Assembly: GCA_044221725.1 (NCBI GenBank)
Contig: JBGAON010000001.1
Location: forward strand, 736,001-800,000
Reading direction: 5' to 3'
DNA: 64,000 nucleotides
From: Elusimicrobiota bacterium
Lineage (GTDB): Bacteria > Elusimicrobiota > Elusimicrobia > F11
The position numbers and the translations under genes were made by a program. This document shows, piece by piece, positions 42,929-53,243 of the stretch. The stretch's first letter is position 1. Every line of letters starts with the position of its first letter. The notes beneath the pieces were generated by a model. It saw only the letters and a program-made list of their open reading frames with translations, was not told where the DNA came from and did no database searches.

Positions 42929-43867
42929 ATGGAAGCGCGACTTTTTTTCTTATCAATTTGGTGTGGAGTGTACGGCTATCTCGTGCGTCTCGCTGCGAAA
43001 AAAGACGAATTGCTGGATAAGCCCGCGGTCGTCATGATCATGAACAGTCTTTTTTGGATGACCGGTGCCGCGATGCTCGGAATGCTGATCGCAAGTTATT
43101 CGGAAAAACTCGAGCAAACCACATCGTATTCGCTTGTTTTTGGTGGTATCGGACTTATTACCGGCGCAATTATGGGCTTCTACCGTTCTCAGAATGCGCA
43201 AAAGCGGGAAGCGTTAATCAAAGACAATCTTGAGTGGGCCGATACCGGATTTTCGGCCATTTTGTTGGCGTCGGTGGTGATGTTCTTCATTGTTCAGGCG
43301 TTCAAAATTCCGTCCGGATCGATGCGCATGACGTTTGTCGAAGGCGATCACCTTTTTGTGAACAAATTTATTTATGGGCTTCCAATTCCTCTCACGGAAA
43401 AAAAGATTCTTCCGATTAAAAAAGTTACGCCGGGGGACATCGTGATCTTCCGTTTTCCAGCGAAAAACGAAGACAATCCCCATTACGGCAAAGATTTCAT
43501 TAAACGTTGCATCGCGCTGGAAGGACAGAAGGTTGAAATCATCAACAAGCGCGTGTTTGTGGATGGCGTTGAGCGCGTGGAGCCGTACAAGCAACACGTC
43601 GAAGACGCCATTTATCCGAAGTCGACGTATTCAAACGAAGAGTTTCAAGAACGTTGGCAGACCGGACTTTTCGAAGGGATCGGTGGAAACGAGATTCGTG
43701 ACAACTTCGGTCCGGTGATTGTTCCTCCCGGTTGCATTTTTGTGATGGGGGACAATCGCGATCGGTCGTTTGATTCCCGTTTTTGGGGTCCGCTCAAGGT
43801 ATCGGCGGTCAAAGGGAAGGCATGGTTGTTGTACTGGCCGCTTTCGAGATTTCGACTCGCCAAATAA
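42929..43867 (+). CDS. lepB: Signal peptidase I with extra N-terminal TM segments
   Basis: IPSGSM, FIKR and MGDNRDRSFDSRFWG motifs; follows lepA. Confidence 0.94.
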   Translation: MEARLFFLSIWCGVYGYLVRLAAKKDELLDKPAVVMIMNSLFWMTGAAMLGMLIASYSEKLEQTTSYSLVFGGIGLITGAIMGFYRSQNAQKREALIKDNLEWADTGFSAILLASVVMFFIVQAFKIPSGSMRMTFVEGDHLFVNKFIYGLPIPLTEKKILPIKKVTPGDIVIFRFPAKNEDNPHYGKDFIKRCIALEGQKVEIINKRVFVDGVERVEPYKQHVEDAIYPKSTYSNEEFQERWQTGLFEGIGGNEIRDNFGPVIVPPGCIFVMGDNRDRSFDSRFWGPLKVSAVKGKAWLLYWPLSRFRLAK

Positions 43868-43880
43868 ATTCGCCGGCACC

Positions 43881-44966
43881 ATGACCTCTCCGGTTGGTCT
43901 GTACGTTCATCTTCCTTTCTGTGACGCGAAGTGTTCGTATTGCGACTTCGTCACTTTTACGGATCGGCACGCTCAGATCGATTCTTATCTCGCCGCGTTG
44001 GCCGCGGAGATGGCACGTTATCGCGGGTGGCCGCTCCAAACGCTTTTCGTTGGAGGTGGCACACCAACGGTTCTTTCCCCAAATCAAATAGAAAAATTAA
44101 TGCGCAGCATTCACCAGACGTTTGGAATGGCCGGAATGACCGAAGCAACCGTCGAAGCAAATCCCGAGAGCGCCACGCGAGACCGGCTGAAAGCTTATCA
44201 GCACGCCGGCATCAATCGTCTGAGTTTCGGCGTCCAGACCACGAACAATCTATTGCTCGAAAAGCTCGGTCGACTGCACAATCGCGAAACATTTTTGGAT
44301 CGGTTTGAAAGCGCTCGCTCATTGGGATTTCAGAACATCAATATTGATTTGATGTTTGGTTTGCCGGGGCAAACATTGAAGGACTGGCACGAAACGTTGG
44401 AATCGGTCGTAAAGCTCCATCCGGAACATATTTCAACGTATGCTCTTAAAGTCGAACCCAGCACGAAGCTTGGTCGCGATGGGTTTGTGGTAAACGGCGA
44501 TCTTGAAGCCGATATGTATTTGTTTGCCGCGGACTTTCTCGTGGCGCACGGGTACGGTCATTACGAAATTTCCAACTTCGCAAAACCCGGTCGCGAATCG
44601 CAGCACAATCTGCTTTATTGGCAAAACAAAAATACCGTCGGCATCGGTATCTCGAGCACCAGCTACGTCGACGGGCGCCGGTTTAAAAACACGCCGCACT
44701 TGAAGACGTATCTCGACAAAGCGCGCGTGTCGGAACAAAGTTTGGTTGAAGACGTGGTGCTTGAAGCAAACGAGCGGCAAAAGGAATCGGCGATGTTGGC
44801 GCTGCGACTGAAGCGCGGCATCGCGCACGAGACATTAAATGGACTCGATGTGCCGATGACGCAGACGTTCCTTGAACGAGGTCTGGCCGTGCTCGAAAAA
44901 GGAATGTATAGTCTCACGCCGAAAGGTTGGTTGTTGTCGAATCTGTTGTTTGAACAATTCGTGTGA
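43881..44966 (+). CDS. hemW: Radical SAM heme chaperone HemW/HemN-like
   Basis: LYVHLPFCDAKCSYCDF, GGGTPT and YEISNF motifs. Confidence 0.9.
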   Translation: MTSPVGLYVHLPFCDAKCSYCDFVTFTDRHAQIDSYLAALAAEMARYRGWPLQTLFVGGGTPTVLSPNQIEKLMRSIHQTFGMAGMTEATVEANPESATRDRLKAYQHAGINRLSFGVQTTNNLLLEKLGRLHNRETFLDRFESARSLGFQNINIDLMFGLPGQTLKDWHETLESVVKLHPEHISTYALKVEPSTKLGRDGFVVNGDLEADMYLFAADFLVAHGYGHYEISNFAKPGRESQHNLLYWQNKNTVGIGISSTSYVDGRRFKNTPHLKTYLDKARVSEQSLVEDVVLEANERQKESAMLALRLKRGIAHETLNGLDVPMTQTFLERGLAVLEKGMYSLTPKGWLLSNLLFEQFV

Positions 44967-45892
44967 GGGAGCTGAACGAGTTAATGGCACTCATCCCAAA
45001 TTGTCTTCCGCCGCTCAAGAAAAACGTTTCTATTCTCATCCCAGCGTACAACGAAGAAAAGGCGATAACGAACGTTGTCGCTGATCTCAACGACGCATTA
45101 AAAAATTCCGACTGGAAATACGAAATCATCGTTGTTGATGATTGTTCGAAAGACAACACCGTGTCGGCCGCCGAGAAAACCGGAGCCAAAGTTATTTCCC
45201 ATCCGAAAAACATGGGGTACGGCGGCGCCCTGCGCACGGGCATTGAGCACGCCGCCTACGATTGGGTTGCCACGATCGATGCCGATTGCTCGTACCCGGC
45301 GAAAGAACTTTTGAAACTTCTGCCATACGCCGATCATCACGACATGGTGATCGGCGCTCGCCAAGGGAAAAATTATTGGGGAACCGTTTTTAAGCACCCG
45401 GCGCGGCTCGTGTTTTTGGCGCTCGCACAGTTTGTGGTTGGCTACCGGATTCCCGACGTGAATTCGGGGCTTCGGTTGATGCGGAAATCCGTCGTTAAGG
45501 AAATGTTGCCGCGGTTGTGTCGCGGTTTTTCGTTTTCGACAACGATCACGTTGTCGTTCCTCAGCAGTTACCGTTTCGTCCATTTTGAACCGATTGAATA
45601 TTTGTCGCGCGTTGGTTCCAGCAAGGTTCGTTACGTGCGGGATACGCTGCGCACGTTGCAGCTGATGCTAGAGACCATTGTCTATTACAACCCGCTTAAA
45701 GCCGGCGTGCTGCTCATGTTGTTGCCGTTTTCTGTTGGATCCGCGGCTTTTCTCATATCGATCTTCGGTGAAGACGCGAACTGGTTTTTCTTTTCGATGG
45801 TGATGTATTGCTTCGCGTTGGTGTTTCTGGGTTTTGGGTTTGTCATGTTACTTCTGCTGCGCGCGCCCAAAAGGGCCACCGACCCGAGTTGA
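44963..45892 (+). CDS. GT2 polyprenol-phosphate glycosyltransferase-like protein
   Basis: IPAYNEE, VDDCSKD and IDAD motifs; two C-terminal TM segments. Confidence 0.85.
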   Translation: MRELNELMALIPNCLPPLKKNVSILIPAYNEEKAITNVVADLNDALKNSDWKYEIIVVDDCSKDNTVSAAEKTGAKVISHPKNMGYGGALRTGIEHAAYDWVATIDADCSYPAKELLKLLPYADHHDMVIGARQGKNYWGTVFKHPARLVFLALAQFVVGYRIPDVNSGLRLMRKSVVKEMLPRLCRGFSFSTTITLSFLSSYRFVHFEPIEYLSRVGSSKVRYVRDTLRTLQLMLETIVYYNPLKAGVLLMLLPFSVGSAAFLISIFGEDANWFFFSMVMYCFALVFLGFGFVMLLLLRAPKRATDPS

Positions 45893-48069
45893 AGAAAAAA
45901 GACCGCCGCCCTGTCACCGTCTCACCGGTTCCTTCGGAGCCCGCGCCGCCTGTTTGGAAATCCGTTCTCGGTTGGTCCATTTGTGTGTGGCTTGTTTTTG
46001 TTGTGCTCCGGTTCGAAAACAAGTTTCCGGTCTCGTTTGATGCGATGTTTTCGTACCTCGGCCAGTTCGCTGATTTTTCTTTTGTTCCTTTCCTAAAAGC
46101 GCTGTCCGGTTATTTTAAGTCGCTTATGCTCGGCGCGTTATTTGTCGTGGGCTCCGTTGGATGTGGCCACGTGTCGTTGCCCACTACGCTCAAGCAAAAC
46201 ATGTCGTTGTTGGGTTTGACGGTGGTGTCTTTCCTGGTGGGCGCAATGGAGTTCTCGTTCGCGCTGACGGGTCTTGGCTTTTTAAAACTTTACCATCCAC
46301 CGGTTTTGCTCGGACTCCTTATCGGTGCTGCGGCGGTTTCGTTTTTTCTCTCCCGTGAATTTCTGGCCGCAATTTACCGGGCGGTCTTTCCCATTCGGTT
46401 TTCTAAAATTTTCGCATCGCCGGCGTCGGTGCTGGTGGTGCTGTTGTATGCGATTGCGTTTTCGATGGCCTTCGTGCCCGAGCTTTTTTACGACGCGCTC
46501 GTTTACCATTTGGGTCTTCCACAGATGTTCGTGAACGAAGGGCGCATCGTGAATCTCACGAACATGTATCCGTCGCGCGCTCCGATGCTTGTGCACATGC
46601 TTTATGTAATGGGCGTGGGATTGGACGGCAGCACGTTCGCGAAGCTCATCAATCAGTCGTTCTTTATCGCTGGACTTGCTGGTATCACGGAATTGTGCAG
46701 AGTTTTTGGTTGGCGCCGCTTCGCGCCGTGGGCGTGTTTGTTTGTCGCTTCGATTCCTGTTGTGCAACTCAATATTTGGTCGACGGCGATCGACGCCTCG
46801 ATCGGCAGTTTTCTTGTAATGACCGTTTATTGTTTATGGAAATGGAGCGAAAGCGAATCGGATAAGGTCGCGTGGGCCTGTCTCGTGGGACTTTTTGCTG
46901 GCGCATGTTTTGCGATCAAGTATCCCGGCGTGGTCGTGCTGATGTTGACCGGTGTACTAATGCTTTTTCTTTCCTATCGACGAGTGAAGGTGTCCACTCT
47001 ATTTCTTTCCGGCTTTGTGTTATCGGTGGTGGCCGCCGGCGTTGTTTCGCCGTGGCTTGTCCGAAATTATGTTTGGACCGGAAACCCGGTTTATCCCATT
47101 GGCGCAAAATTTTTTGAGAGCCGCGGCTTGAACGAAGTGAGAATGATGGCCGAAAAGGATGTGACGAAGACGAACAAACCGAAGACAGCGGTTGAATTTG
47201 TCACGTACCCGTGGCGGCTCACATTCCTCGAAATTTCGAATTTCAACTTTGTTGGCCCGCTCACCCTCGGGCTTCTGCCGCTCGTGCTGTTGCTAAACGT
47301 AAAGGAGCGTTCGATTCGGTTTTTGGCATTGGCGAGCTTCGGTTATTTTGCGTTGCAGCTGCAGTTTCTCGGACAGATTCGCTACCTGATGGCCGGATTC
47401 TTTTTGCTCAGCGTGTTGTTGGCGGGTGGCCTGTCTGTGGTCGTCGAGAAATTGAAAGTGAGCGGTTGGTTTGTGCGTTCGGTCATCGTCGGAATCGTTG
47501 TTTACCAGATGGGTTGGATTTTCATGATGATGGAAGGGCAATATCATCCGTTGCCACTGTTGTTTGGAAAAATATCACGCAACGAATATTCGGCCACGAT
47601 GCACAACGGTCTCAATTTGTGGCCCTGGAACGTCATGAAAGAGGATCTGGAAAAGCTTCCAGAGCCGTGTCGAATCTACATTCTTGGAAACGAACAGGTT
47701 TTCGGTTTTCCCAAGCGATTCTGGTATTCGAGCGTGCACGATTGGGTGCCGCTTGTGTTGTGGGCGAACGCGAGCACCGACGGAAACACGCTCTACGAAA
47801 AAATGAAAAGCCAAGGTTTTACGCATCTGCTTGTGAACGTTCCGGAAACCATGCGGTTGGAGGGTTACAATCTTTTCCCGTGGAATGACACCGGTAGAAA
47901 GGCGTTCACGGAATTTGCGGATCAGCATTTGAATCTTGTGAACGTGAAGGGGATCGCCGGCTACGAGCATTCGGTTTTCTTGTTTGAATTGAAAGAGCAA
48001 ATTCCGCCGCAGCCGTTTGGCCAATTTGGTGTTTTCTTTCGCGACGTTTTTAAATTGGGAGCCAAATGA
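45889..48069 (+). CDS. Large multi-TM protein, GT-C-like
   Basis: YDALVYHL, AIKYPG and PWLVRNYVWTGNPVYP motifs; TTG start overlaps the upstream TGA. Confidence 0.7.
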   Translation: MKKKDRRPVTVSPVPSEPAPPVWKSVLGWSICVWLVFVVLRFENKFPVSFDAMFSYLGQFADFSFVPFLKALSGYFKSLMLGALFVVGSVGCGHVSLPTTLKQNMSLLGLTVVSFLVGAMEFSFALTGLGFLKLYHPPVLLGLLIGAAAVSFFLSREFLAAIYRAVFPIRFSKIFASPASVLVVLLYAIAFSMAFVPELFYDALVYHLGLPQMFVNEGRIVNLTNMYPSRAPMLVHMLYVMGVGLDGSTFAKLINQSFFIAGLAGITELCRVFGWRRFAPWACLFVASIPVVQLNIWSTAIDASIGSFLVMTVYCLWKWSESESDKVAWACLVGLFAGACFAIKYPGVVVLMLTGVLMLFLSYRRVKVSTLFLSGFVLSVVAAGVVSPWLVRNYVWTGNPVYPIGAKFFESRGLNEVRMMAEKDVTKTNKPKTAVEFVTYPWRLTFLEISNFNFVGPLTLGLLPLVLLLNVKERSIRFLALASFGYFALQLQFLGQIRYLMAGFFLLSVLLAGGLSVVVEKLKVSGWFVRSVIVGIVVYQMGWIFMMMEGQYHPLPLLFGKISRNEYSATMHNGLNLWPWNVMKEDLEKLPEPCRIYILGNEQVFGFPKRFWYSSVHDWVPLVLWANASTDGNTLYEKMKSQGFTHLLVNVPETMRLEGYNLFPWNDTGRKAFTEFADQHLNLVNVKGIAGYEHSVFLFELKEQIPPQPFGQFGVFFRDVFKLGAK

Positions 48070-49493
48070 GCGAAAAGATTTTGATTCTCGGCGCGGGTCC
48101 CACGGGGCTCGCCTCCGCCGTGAAACTCGCACAGGCCGGACGTTCGGTGAAGTTGATTGAACGGCTGCCGTGGACCGGCGGCCTCTGCAAATCCTATCAG
48201 CATGGACCCTTCACGTTGGATTTGGGTCCGCACCGGTTTACTCCGCACAACAAAGAAGTGAACGATTTTGTTTCCGATCTTTTGAACGGCGAATTGATTG
48301 TGGTGAAATACCAAGGCGAAATTTGGCTCGGCGATCGGTTCATCAGTTACCCGTTCAGTCTTAAAAACTTGCTCACGCAAATTCCACCGTCCTTGTCGCT
48401 CAAACTAATTTCGACATACCTTGCGGCGATATTGAGTCCGAAGAAATCGGGGGAGGTGACCTACGAAGAGTGGGTGATGAATCATTTTGGCAGCGAAGTG
48501 ACCCGTCTAATTTTTCGACCGCTCATCGAGAAGGTGTGGGGGACCCCGCTTCCCAAGTTGGCCGCACGCTTCGCGCGTCAGCGCATCGCGATTGCGAGTC
48601 TTTTCGAGATCGCATGGGAAGTTTTGACCGGCCGTCGGCCCGCAAAATTCCGGTCCGAGTTTTTTCCGGACAATTGTTTTCTTTATCCACCAAAAGGGTT
48701 CGGTCACATCATGGAGCGTATGACCGAGGAATTCGAAAAGGCCGGCGGCGAAGTGAGTGTGGATTCCACGGTCAAAGAAATCGTCGTTAATGGGAACAAG
48801 GTGACACGGGTTGTCTACGAAAAGAACGGCCAGTCTGTCACCGAAGAGAACCCGGCCATCGTGATGACGACAATTCCAATCCAATACTTCTTTGAAATCG
48901 TTAAACCCGTGCCGCCGACGCCTGTGCTCGAGGCTGCGAAACGTTTGAAGACGCGGCGCTTGATTCTTCTTTATTTGGTCTTAAACAAAGATCGTTATTC
49001 GAAAAACACGTCGCTTTACTTTCCGCCGGCCGAATTTCCGTACGGTCGCGTGTGGGAACAAAAAAATCACAGCTCAAAAACGGTCGACGTCCCGGGAAAA
49101 ACGGTGCTCGGTCTTGAGATCCCGTGCTGGGAAAGCGACGATCTTTGGAAGATGGACGACAACGGAATTTTCGAACGCGCGGTCGCTCCGCTCGAAAAAC
49201 ATGGATTACTGAATCGCGCCGATGTCACCGAATATTTCACGGTTAAACTGGGGTCGGTTTATCCGGTGTGGGATGTCGACTTCGAAAAAAACCTCAACGT
49301 GCTGTTGGAATACGAACGCGGAATTGAGAACTTGATTTTTAACGGCCGACCTGGATTGTTTTTTTATAACAATCTGCATCACTCGCTCGATATGGGATTC
49401 GTCGCGGCGAACCATGTCCTTTCGGGGCGCTCGAAAGCCGAAAAATGGATTCCCGATTCCAAGGCTTTTGAAGCGTTTCAGCTCGTCGAATAA
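48066..49493 (+). CDS. FAD-dependent oxidoreductase (protoporphyrinogen oxidase/UDP-galactopyranose mutase-like)
   Basis: GAGPTGL, GGLCKS, DLGPHRF and GRPGLFFYNN motifs. Confidence 0.8.
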   Translation: MSEKILILGAGPTGLASAVKLAQAGRSVKLIERLPWTGGLCKSYQHGPFTLDLGPHRFTPHNKEVNDFVSDLLNGELIVVKYQGEIWLGDRFISYPFSLKNLLTQIPPSLSLKLISTYLAAILSPKKSGEVTYEEWVMNHFGSEVTRLIFRPLIEKVWGTPLPKLAARFARQRIAIASLFEIAWEVLTGRRPAKFRSEFFPDNCFLYPPKGFGHIMERMTEEFEKAGGEVSVDSTVKEIVVNGNKVTRVVYEKNGQSVTEENPAIVMTTIPIQYFFEIVKPVPPTPVLEAAKRLKTRRLILLYLVLNKDRYSKNTSLYFPPAEFPYGRVWEQKNHSSKTVDVPGKTVLGLEIPCWESDDLWKMDDNGIFERAVAPLEKHGLLNRADVTEYFTVKLGSVYPVWDVDFEKNLNVLLEYERGIENLIFNGRPGLFFYNNLHHSLDMGFVAANHVLSGRSKAEKWIPDSKAFEAFQLVE

Positions 49494-49520
49494 AACAAAG
49501 TTAGCAGTCCCTACGGCTGC

Positions 49521-49549
49521 TTGACAAAAATAATCATCCCTGCTAGGCT
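49521..49549 (+). promoter_or_regulatory. Sigma70 promoter of the hrcA operon
   Basis: TTGACA, 17-bp spacer, TAGGCT, with an extended TG. Confidence 0.75.
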
Positions 49550-49575
49550 TAGCACTCAGAAAGGATGAGTGCTAT
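49549..49575. promoter_or_regulatory. CIRCE operator (HrcA site)
   Basis: TTAGCACTC-N9-GAGTGCTAT directly upstream of hrcA; one mismatch to consensus. Confidence 0.93.
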
Positions 49576-49582
49576 TTAAGTC

Positions 49583-50662
49583 ATGCGAATATTACCCACA
49601 GACGAACATTTGGCGCGCAAGCAGAAGATGCTCCAGGCGGTCGTCCATATATATATAAGGACGGGCAAACCGGTCGGGTCGTCCACCATTCTTGAGAACT
49701 ACCGTTTGAACCTTTCGCCGGCCACAATTCGCAATGTTCTAGCGGATCTCGAGAAAGAGGGGTATCTCACTCATCCGCACACGTCCGCGGGCCGAATTCC
49801 AACGGACCGTGGTTATCGGTTCTATGTGGACTCCATTGCGCAAGTTCAGAAACTCGCGCACGAGGAAGAGCAGAGAATTAAAGAAGAATACACTCGGCGC
49901 CGCCGCGAGATCGATGAATTGATGCTTTCCACCACGCGACTTTTATCCGCGCTGTCGAACTGCACCGGATTTGTGCTGCCGGGAAAAGTGGAGACCGAAC
50001 ATTTGCGCCGCGTGGAACTGATTCCGGTAAGCCACACGCAAATTTTGGGCGTCCTGGTATCGGACACCGGTTTCGTTCGTAATCAAATGATCGAAGTTGA
50101 ACGCGTGCCGGATGATGACACGCTTCGCAACGCCTCCCGTTTCTTGAACGAACGGTTGGCCGGGCTTTCGTTCAGCGATGCGCAGCTCCGGTTCTTGGAA
50201 GTGCTCGATCAATTTCATCGTCAGCGCAATGAGCAACTCGATTTGTTGCAAACGTTATCGAAGTATTTGTTTGGTGCCGAAGTTCGAAAGGACATTTATC
50301 TGGAAGGCAGCAGCAATGTTTGGAAATTCCCGGAACTGCACGATGTCGAAACAATGCGCAACTTTTCTCAGTTTATTGACGAGAAGCAAGCCTTGAGCGA
50401 GGTGCTGACGCGCGGCTTGACAAAAGACGGTTTGCAGGTGCGCATCGGCTCCGAATATTTTCCGGAGCTGAAAGATTTTAGTGTTGTGTCGTCGGGTTTT
50501 CACATGCACGGCCGGCCGATGGGTGTTCTCGGCATTTTGGGGCCGAAGCGAATGGAATACGAACGCATGATGGCGATTGTGAACACGGTGGCGCAATTGA
50601 TGGAGAAATTTTTGCAGGGCGAAGAATCGAAACAGCTAAAGGGGAAGAAGAGCAATGACTGA
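49583..50662 (+). CDS. hrcA: Heat-inducible transcription repressor
   Basis: PVGS, SPATIRN, PHTSAGRIPT and ILGPKRMEY motifs. Confidence 0.96.
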   Translation: MRILPTDEHLARKQKMLQAVVHIYIRTGKPVGSSTILENYRLNLSPATIRNVLADLEKEGYLTHPHTSAGRIPTDRGYRFYVDSIAQVQKLAHEEEQRIKEEYTRRRREIDELMLSTTRLLSALSNCTGFVLPGKVETEHLRRVELIPVSHTQILGVLVSDTGFVRNQMIEVERVPDDDTLRNASRFLNERLAGLSFSDAQLRFLEVLDQFHRQRNEQLDLLQTLSKYLFGAEVRKDIYLEGSSNVWKFPELHDVETMRNFSQFIDEKQALSEVLTRGLTKDGLQVRIGSEYFPELKDFSVVSSGFHMHGRPMGVLGILGPKRMEYERMMAIVNTVAQLMEKFLQGEESKQLKGKKSND

Positions 50663-51203
50663 CGTGCCGAAAAATTCGGAACCGGAGATTCGGCCGGAAC
50701 TCGAACAGAAACTTTCGGAACTGGAGATTCTCCGGCAGTCGCTCGAAGAGGCGAAGGCGAAAGAGAAGGACGTTTTCGATCAGTTGCTGCGTTTAACGGC
50801 GGAGTTTCAAAATTACCGCAAACGCAGCGAAACGCGCGTGGTTGAATCGCGTAAGGCCGGGAAAGAAGATGTGTTGTTGCAAATTATTTCGCTCACGGAT
50901 TCATTGATTCATGCGGAGGCGTCGACGAAAAACGCGACCGACATCGAAGCCATGAAGAAAGGTCTCTCGATGGTCCTTATGCAGTTTGAAAAATTTTTGG
51001 CGGATCAAGGCTTGAAGCCGATCAAAGCAAAAGGCGAAAAGCTGGATCCGTCGAAACACGAAGCGATAGCGCGTGTGCCTTCAACGGAACTCGAAGAGGG
51101 AACTATTGTTGATGAGATCCAACGTGGATACACACTGAACGATCAAATTGTGCGACCGTCGCGCGTCAGCGTCGCGGCCGCGCCAGCAGAAAAGAAAGAT
51201 TAA
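50655..51203 (+). CDS. grpE: Nucleotide exchange factor
   Basis: AEFQNYRKR, DPSKHEA and QRGYTL...RPSRV motifs. Confidence 0.94.
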   Translation: MTDVPKNSEPEIRPELEQKLSELEILRQSLEEAKAKEKDVFDQLLRLTAEFQNYRKRSETRVVESRKAGKEDVLLQIISLTDSLIHAEASTKNATDIEAMKKGLSMVLMQFEKFLADQGLKPIKAKGEKLDPSKHEAIARVPSTELEEGTIVDEIQRGYTLNDQIVRPSRVSVAAAPAEKKD

Positions 51204-51278
51204 GCCGTCGCCCTGGAATGTCTCTATCCAGGGCCCATTTTAAGTGGATCCTGGCTTGAGACATGCCAGGGGGACGAA
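51204..51278. repeat. REP/RPE-like composite palindrome, family A copy 2
   Basis: Two inverted hairpin arms between grpE and dnaK; inverted relative to 4112-4198. Confidence 0.85.
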
Positions 51279-51310
51279 TTAAAGAGACGAAAATTTAAGG
51301 AGGAAGTGTT

Positions 51311-53191
51311 ATGGCAAAAATAATTGGAATTGACTTAGGAACATCGAACTCGGCCGCGGCCGTGATGGAAGGCGGAAAGCCGACCATTATTCCGTCGGCA
51401 GAAGGAACAACGCTCGGCGGAAAAGCTTTCCCATCGTATGTGGCGTTTACGAAAGGAGGCGACTCTCAGCTTTTGATTGGAGAACCGGCGCGTCGTCAGG
51501 CCGTGTCGAACCCCGAAGGAACGCTGACCACGTTCAAGCGCAAGATGGGCACCGACTTTAAATACAAGGTGAATGGCAAAGAATACACGCCGCAACAGTT
51601 GTCGGCGTTCATTCTGCAGAAAGTTCGCCGCGACGCTGAAGCCTATCTTGGCGACAAGGTAGAAAAAGCGGTTGTGACCGTGCCCGCGTACTTCAACGAC
51701 AATCAGCGCCAAGCGACGAAAGACGCCGGCACGATTGCGGGCTTGGACATTGTGCGCATCATTAACGAACCCACCGCCGCCTGTTTGGCCTACGGTATCG
51801 ATAAAAAAGGCGCCGATGAAAAAATCATGGTGTTTGACTTGGGTGGTGGAACGCTTGACGTCACGATCATGGACTTTGGCGGCGGCGTGTTCCAAGTCGT
51901 GTCGACGAGCGGTGACACCCAGCTCGGCGGAACCGACATGGATAAGATCTTGATCGACCACATCGCCGAAGAATTCAAGAAAGAATCCGGCGTCGATGTT
52001 CGCAACGACGCGATGGCCACGCAGCGACTCAAAGAAGCGGCTGAGAAGGCGAAGATTGAACTTTCGACGACGCTTGAGACCGATATCAACCTGCCGTTCA
52101 TTACGGCCGATGCGTCGGGACCGAAACACTTAACGCAAAAACTATCGCGGGCGAAACTTGAACAATTGATTCGTCCGATCGTGGACCGTTGCAAAGCTCC
52201 AATTCACCAAGCATTGTCCGATGCGAAGCTTGAACCGAACCAGATCACGAAGATCATCTTGGTCGGTGGTCCGACACGCATGCCGGTCATCCAAAAATTC
52301 GTGGAAGATACGGTGGGGCGCAAAGTGGAACGTGGTATTGATCCGATGGAATGCGTCGCTATGGGCGCGGCCGTGCAAGCGGCGGTGCTGACCGGCGAGG
52401 TGAAAGACGTGCTGCTCTTGGACGTCACGCCGCTCACGCTCGGGATCGAAACGCTGGGAGGCGTCGCCACGCCGCTCATCGATCGGAATACCACGATTCC
52501 CGTGCGCAAGTCGCAAAAGTTCTCGACGGCAGCCGACAATCAGCCGGCCGTGACGGTGCACGTCATTCAAGGTGAACGTCCGCTCGCCAAAGACAATCTG
52601 TCGCTCGGAAATTTCGACTTGACCGGTATACCCCCAGCACCGCGAGGCGTGCCTCAGATTGAAGTGAGCTTCGACATTGATGCGAACGGAATCTTGAACG
52701 TGACAGCCAAAGACTTGGCGTCGGGCAAGAGCCAGAACATTACGGTTACCGCTTCGACAAAGATGAAGAAGGACGACGTGGAGAAAGCGGTCAAAGAAGC
52801 GGAGAGATTCGCTGAAGAGGACAAAAAGACCAAAGAGAAAATTGAAACGCGAAACGAAGCCGACAGTGTCGTCTACAACGTGGAAAACATGCTGAAAGAA
52901 CAGGGCGACAAAATCGCGAAAGAGGAAAAAGAGAGCATCGAGAAGGCGGCGGCGGCCGTCAAAGAAGCGTTGAAGGGCGAGGATCTCGAGAAGATTAAAT
53001 CGACCAAAGACGAACTTCTCAAGGCGTCGCACAAGCTGGCCGAGCAAATGTACAAAGCGGCCGCGGAAAAACAGGCACCGGGCGCGGCAGCCGGCACGGC
53101 CGGCGCGGGTGCCACGTCCGACGTAAACGGCCACGGGAAAAAGCCCGATGATGTTGTGGACGCCGAGATTGTCGACGAAGGCAAGAAATAA
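51311..53191 (+). CDS. dnaK: Chaperone DnaK (Hsp70)
   Basis: [21 protein letters not shown] and DLGGGT motifs; GGAGG RBS. Confidence 0.98.
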   Translation: MAKIIGIDLGTSNSAAAVMEGGKPTIIPSAEGTTLGGKAFPSYVAFTKGGDSQLLIGEPARRQAVSNPEGTLTTFKRKMGTDFKYKVNGKEYTPQQLSAFILQKVRRDAEAYLGDKVEKAVVTVPAYFNDNQRQATKDAGTIAGLDIVRIINEPTAACLAYGIDKKGADEKIMVFDLGGGTLDVTIMDFGGGVFQVVSTSGDTQLGGTDMDKILIDHIAEEFKKESGVDVRNDAMATQRLKEAAEKAKIELSTTLETDINLPFITADASGPKHLTQKLSRAKLEQLIRPIVDRCKAPIHQALSDAKLEPNQITKIILVGGPTRMPVIQKFVEDTVGRKVERGIDPMECVAMGAAVQAAVLTGEVKDVLLLDVTPLTLGIETLGGVATPLIDRNTTIPVRKSQKFSTAADNQPAVTVHVIQGERPLAKDNLSLGNFDLTGIPPAPRGVPQIEVSFDIDANGILNVTAKDLASGKSQNITVTASTKMKKDDVEKAVKEAERFAEEDKKTKEKIETRNEADSVVYNVENMLKEQGDKIAKEEKESIEKAAAAVKEALKGEDLEKIKSTKDELLKASHKLAEQMYKAAAEKQAPGAAAGTAGAGATSDVNGHGKKPDDVVDAEIVDEGKK

Positions 53192-53243
53192 AAATGCGCT
53201 GTTTCCCCAAACGCAAATATTGTTTCGGTAAAGCGCCCTCCTG

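Noticed and set aside
53192..53243. Imperfect hairpin between dnaK and dnaJ
   Set aside because: Weak pairing and no U-tract
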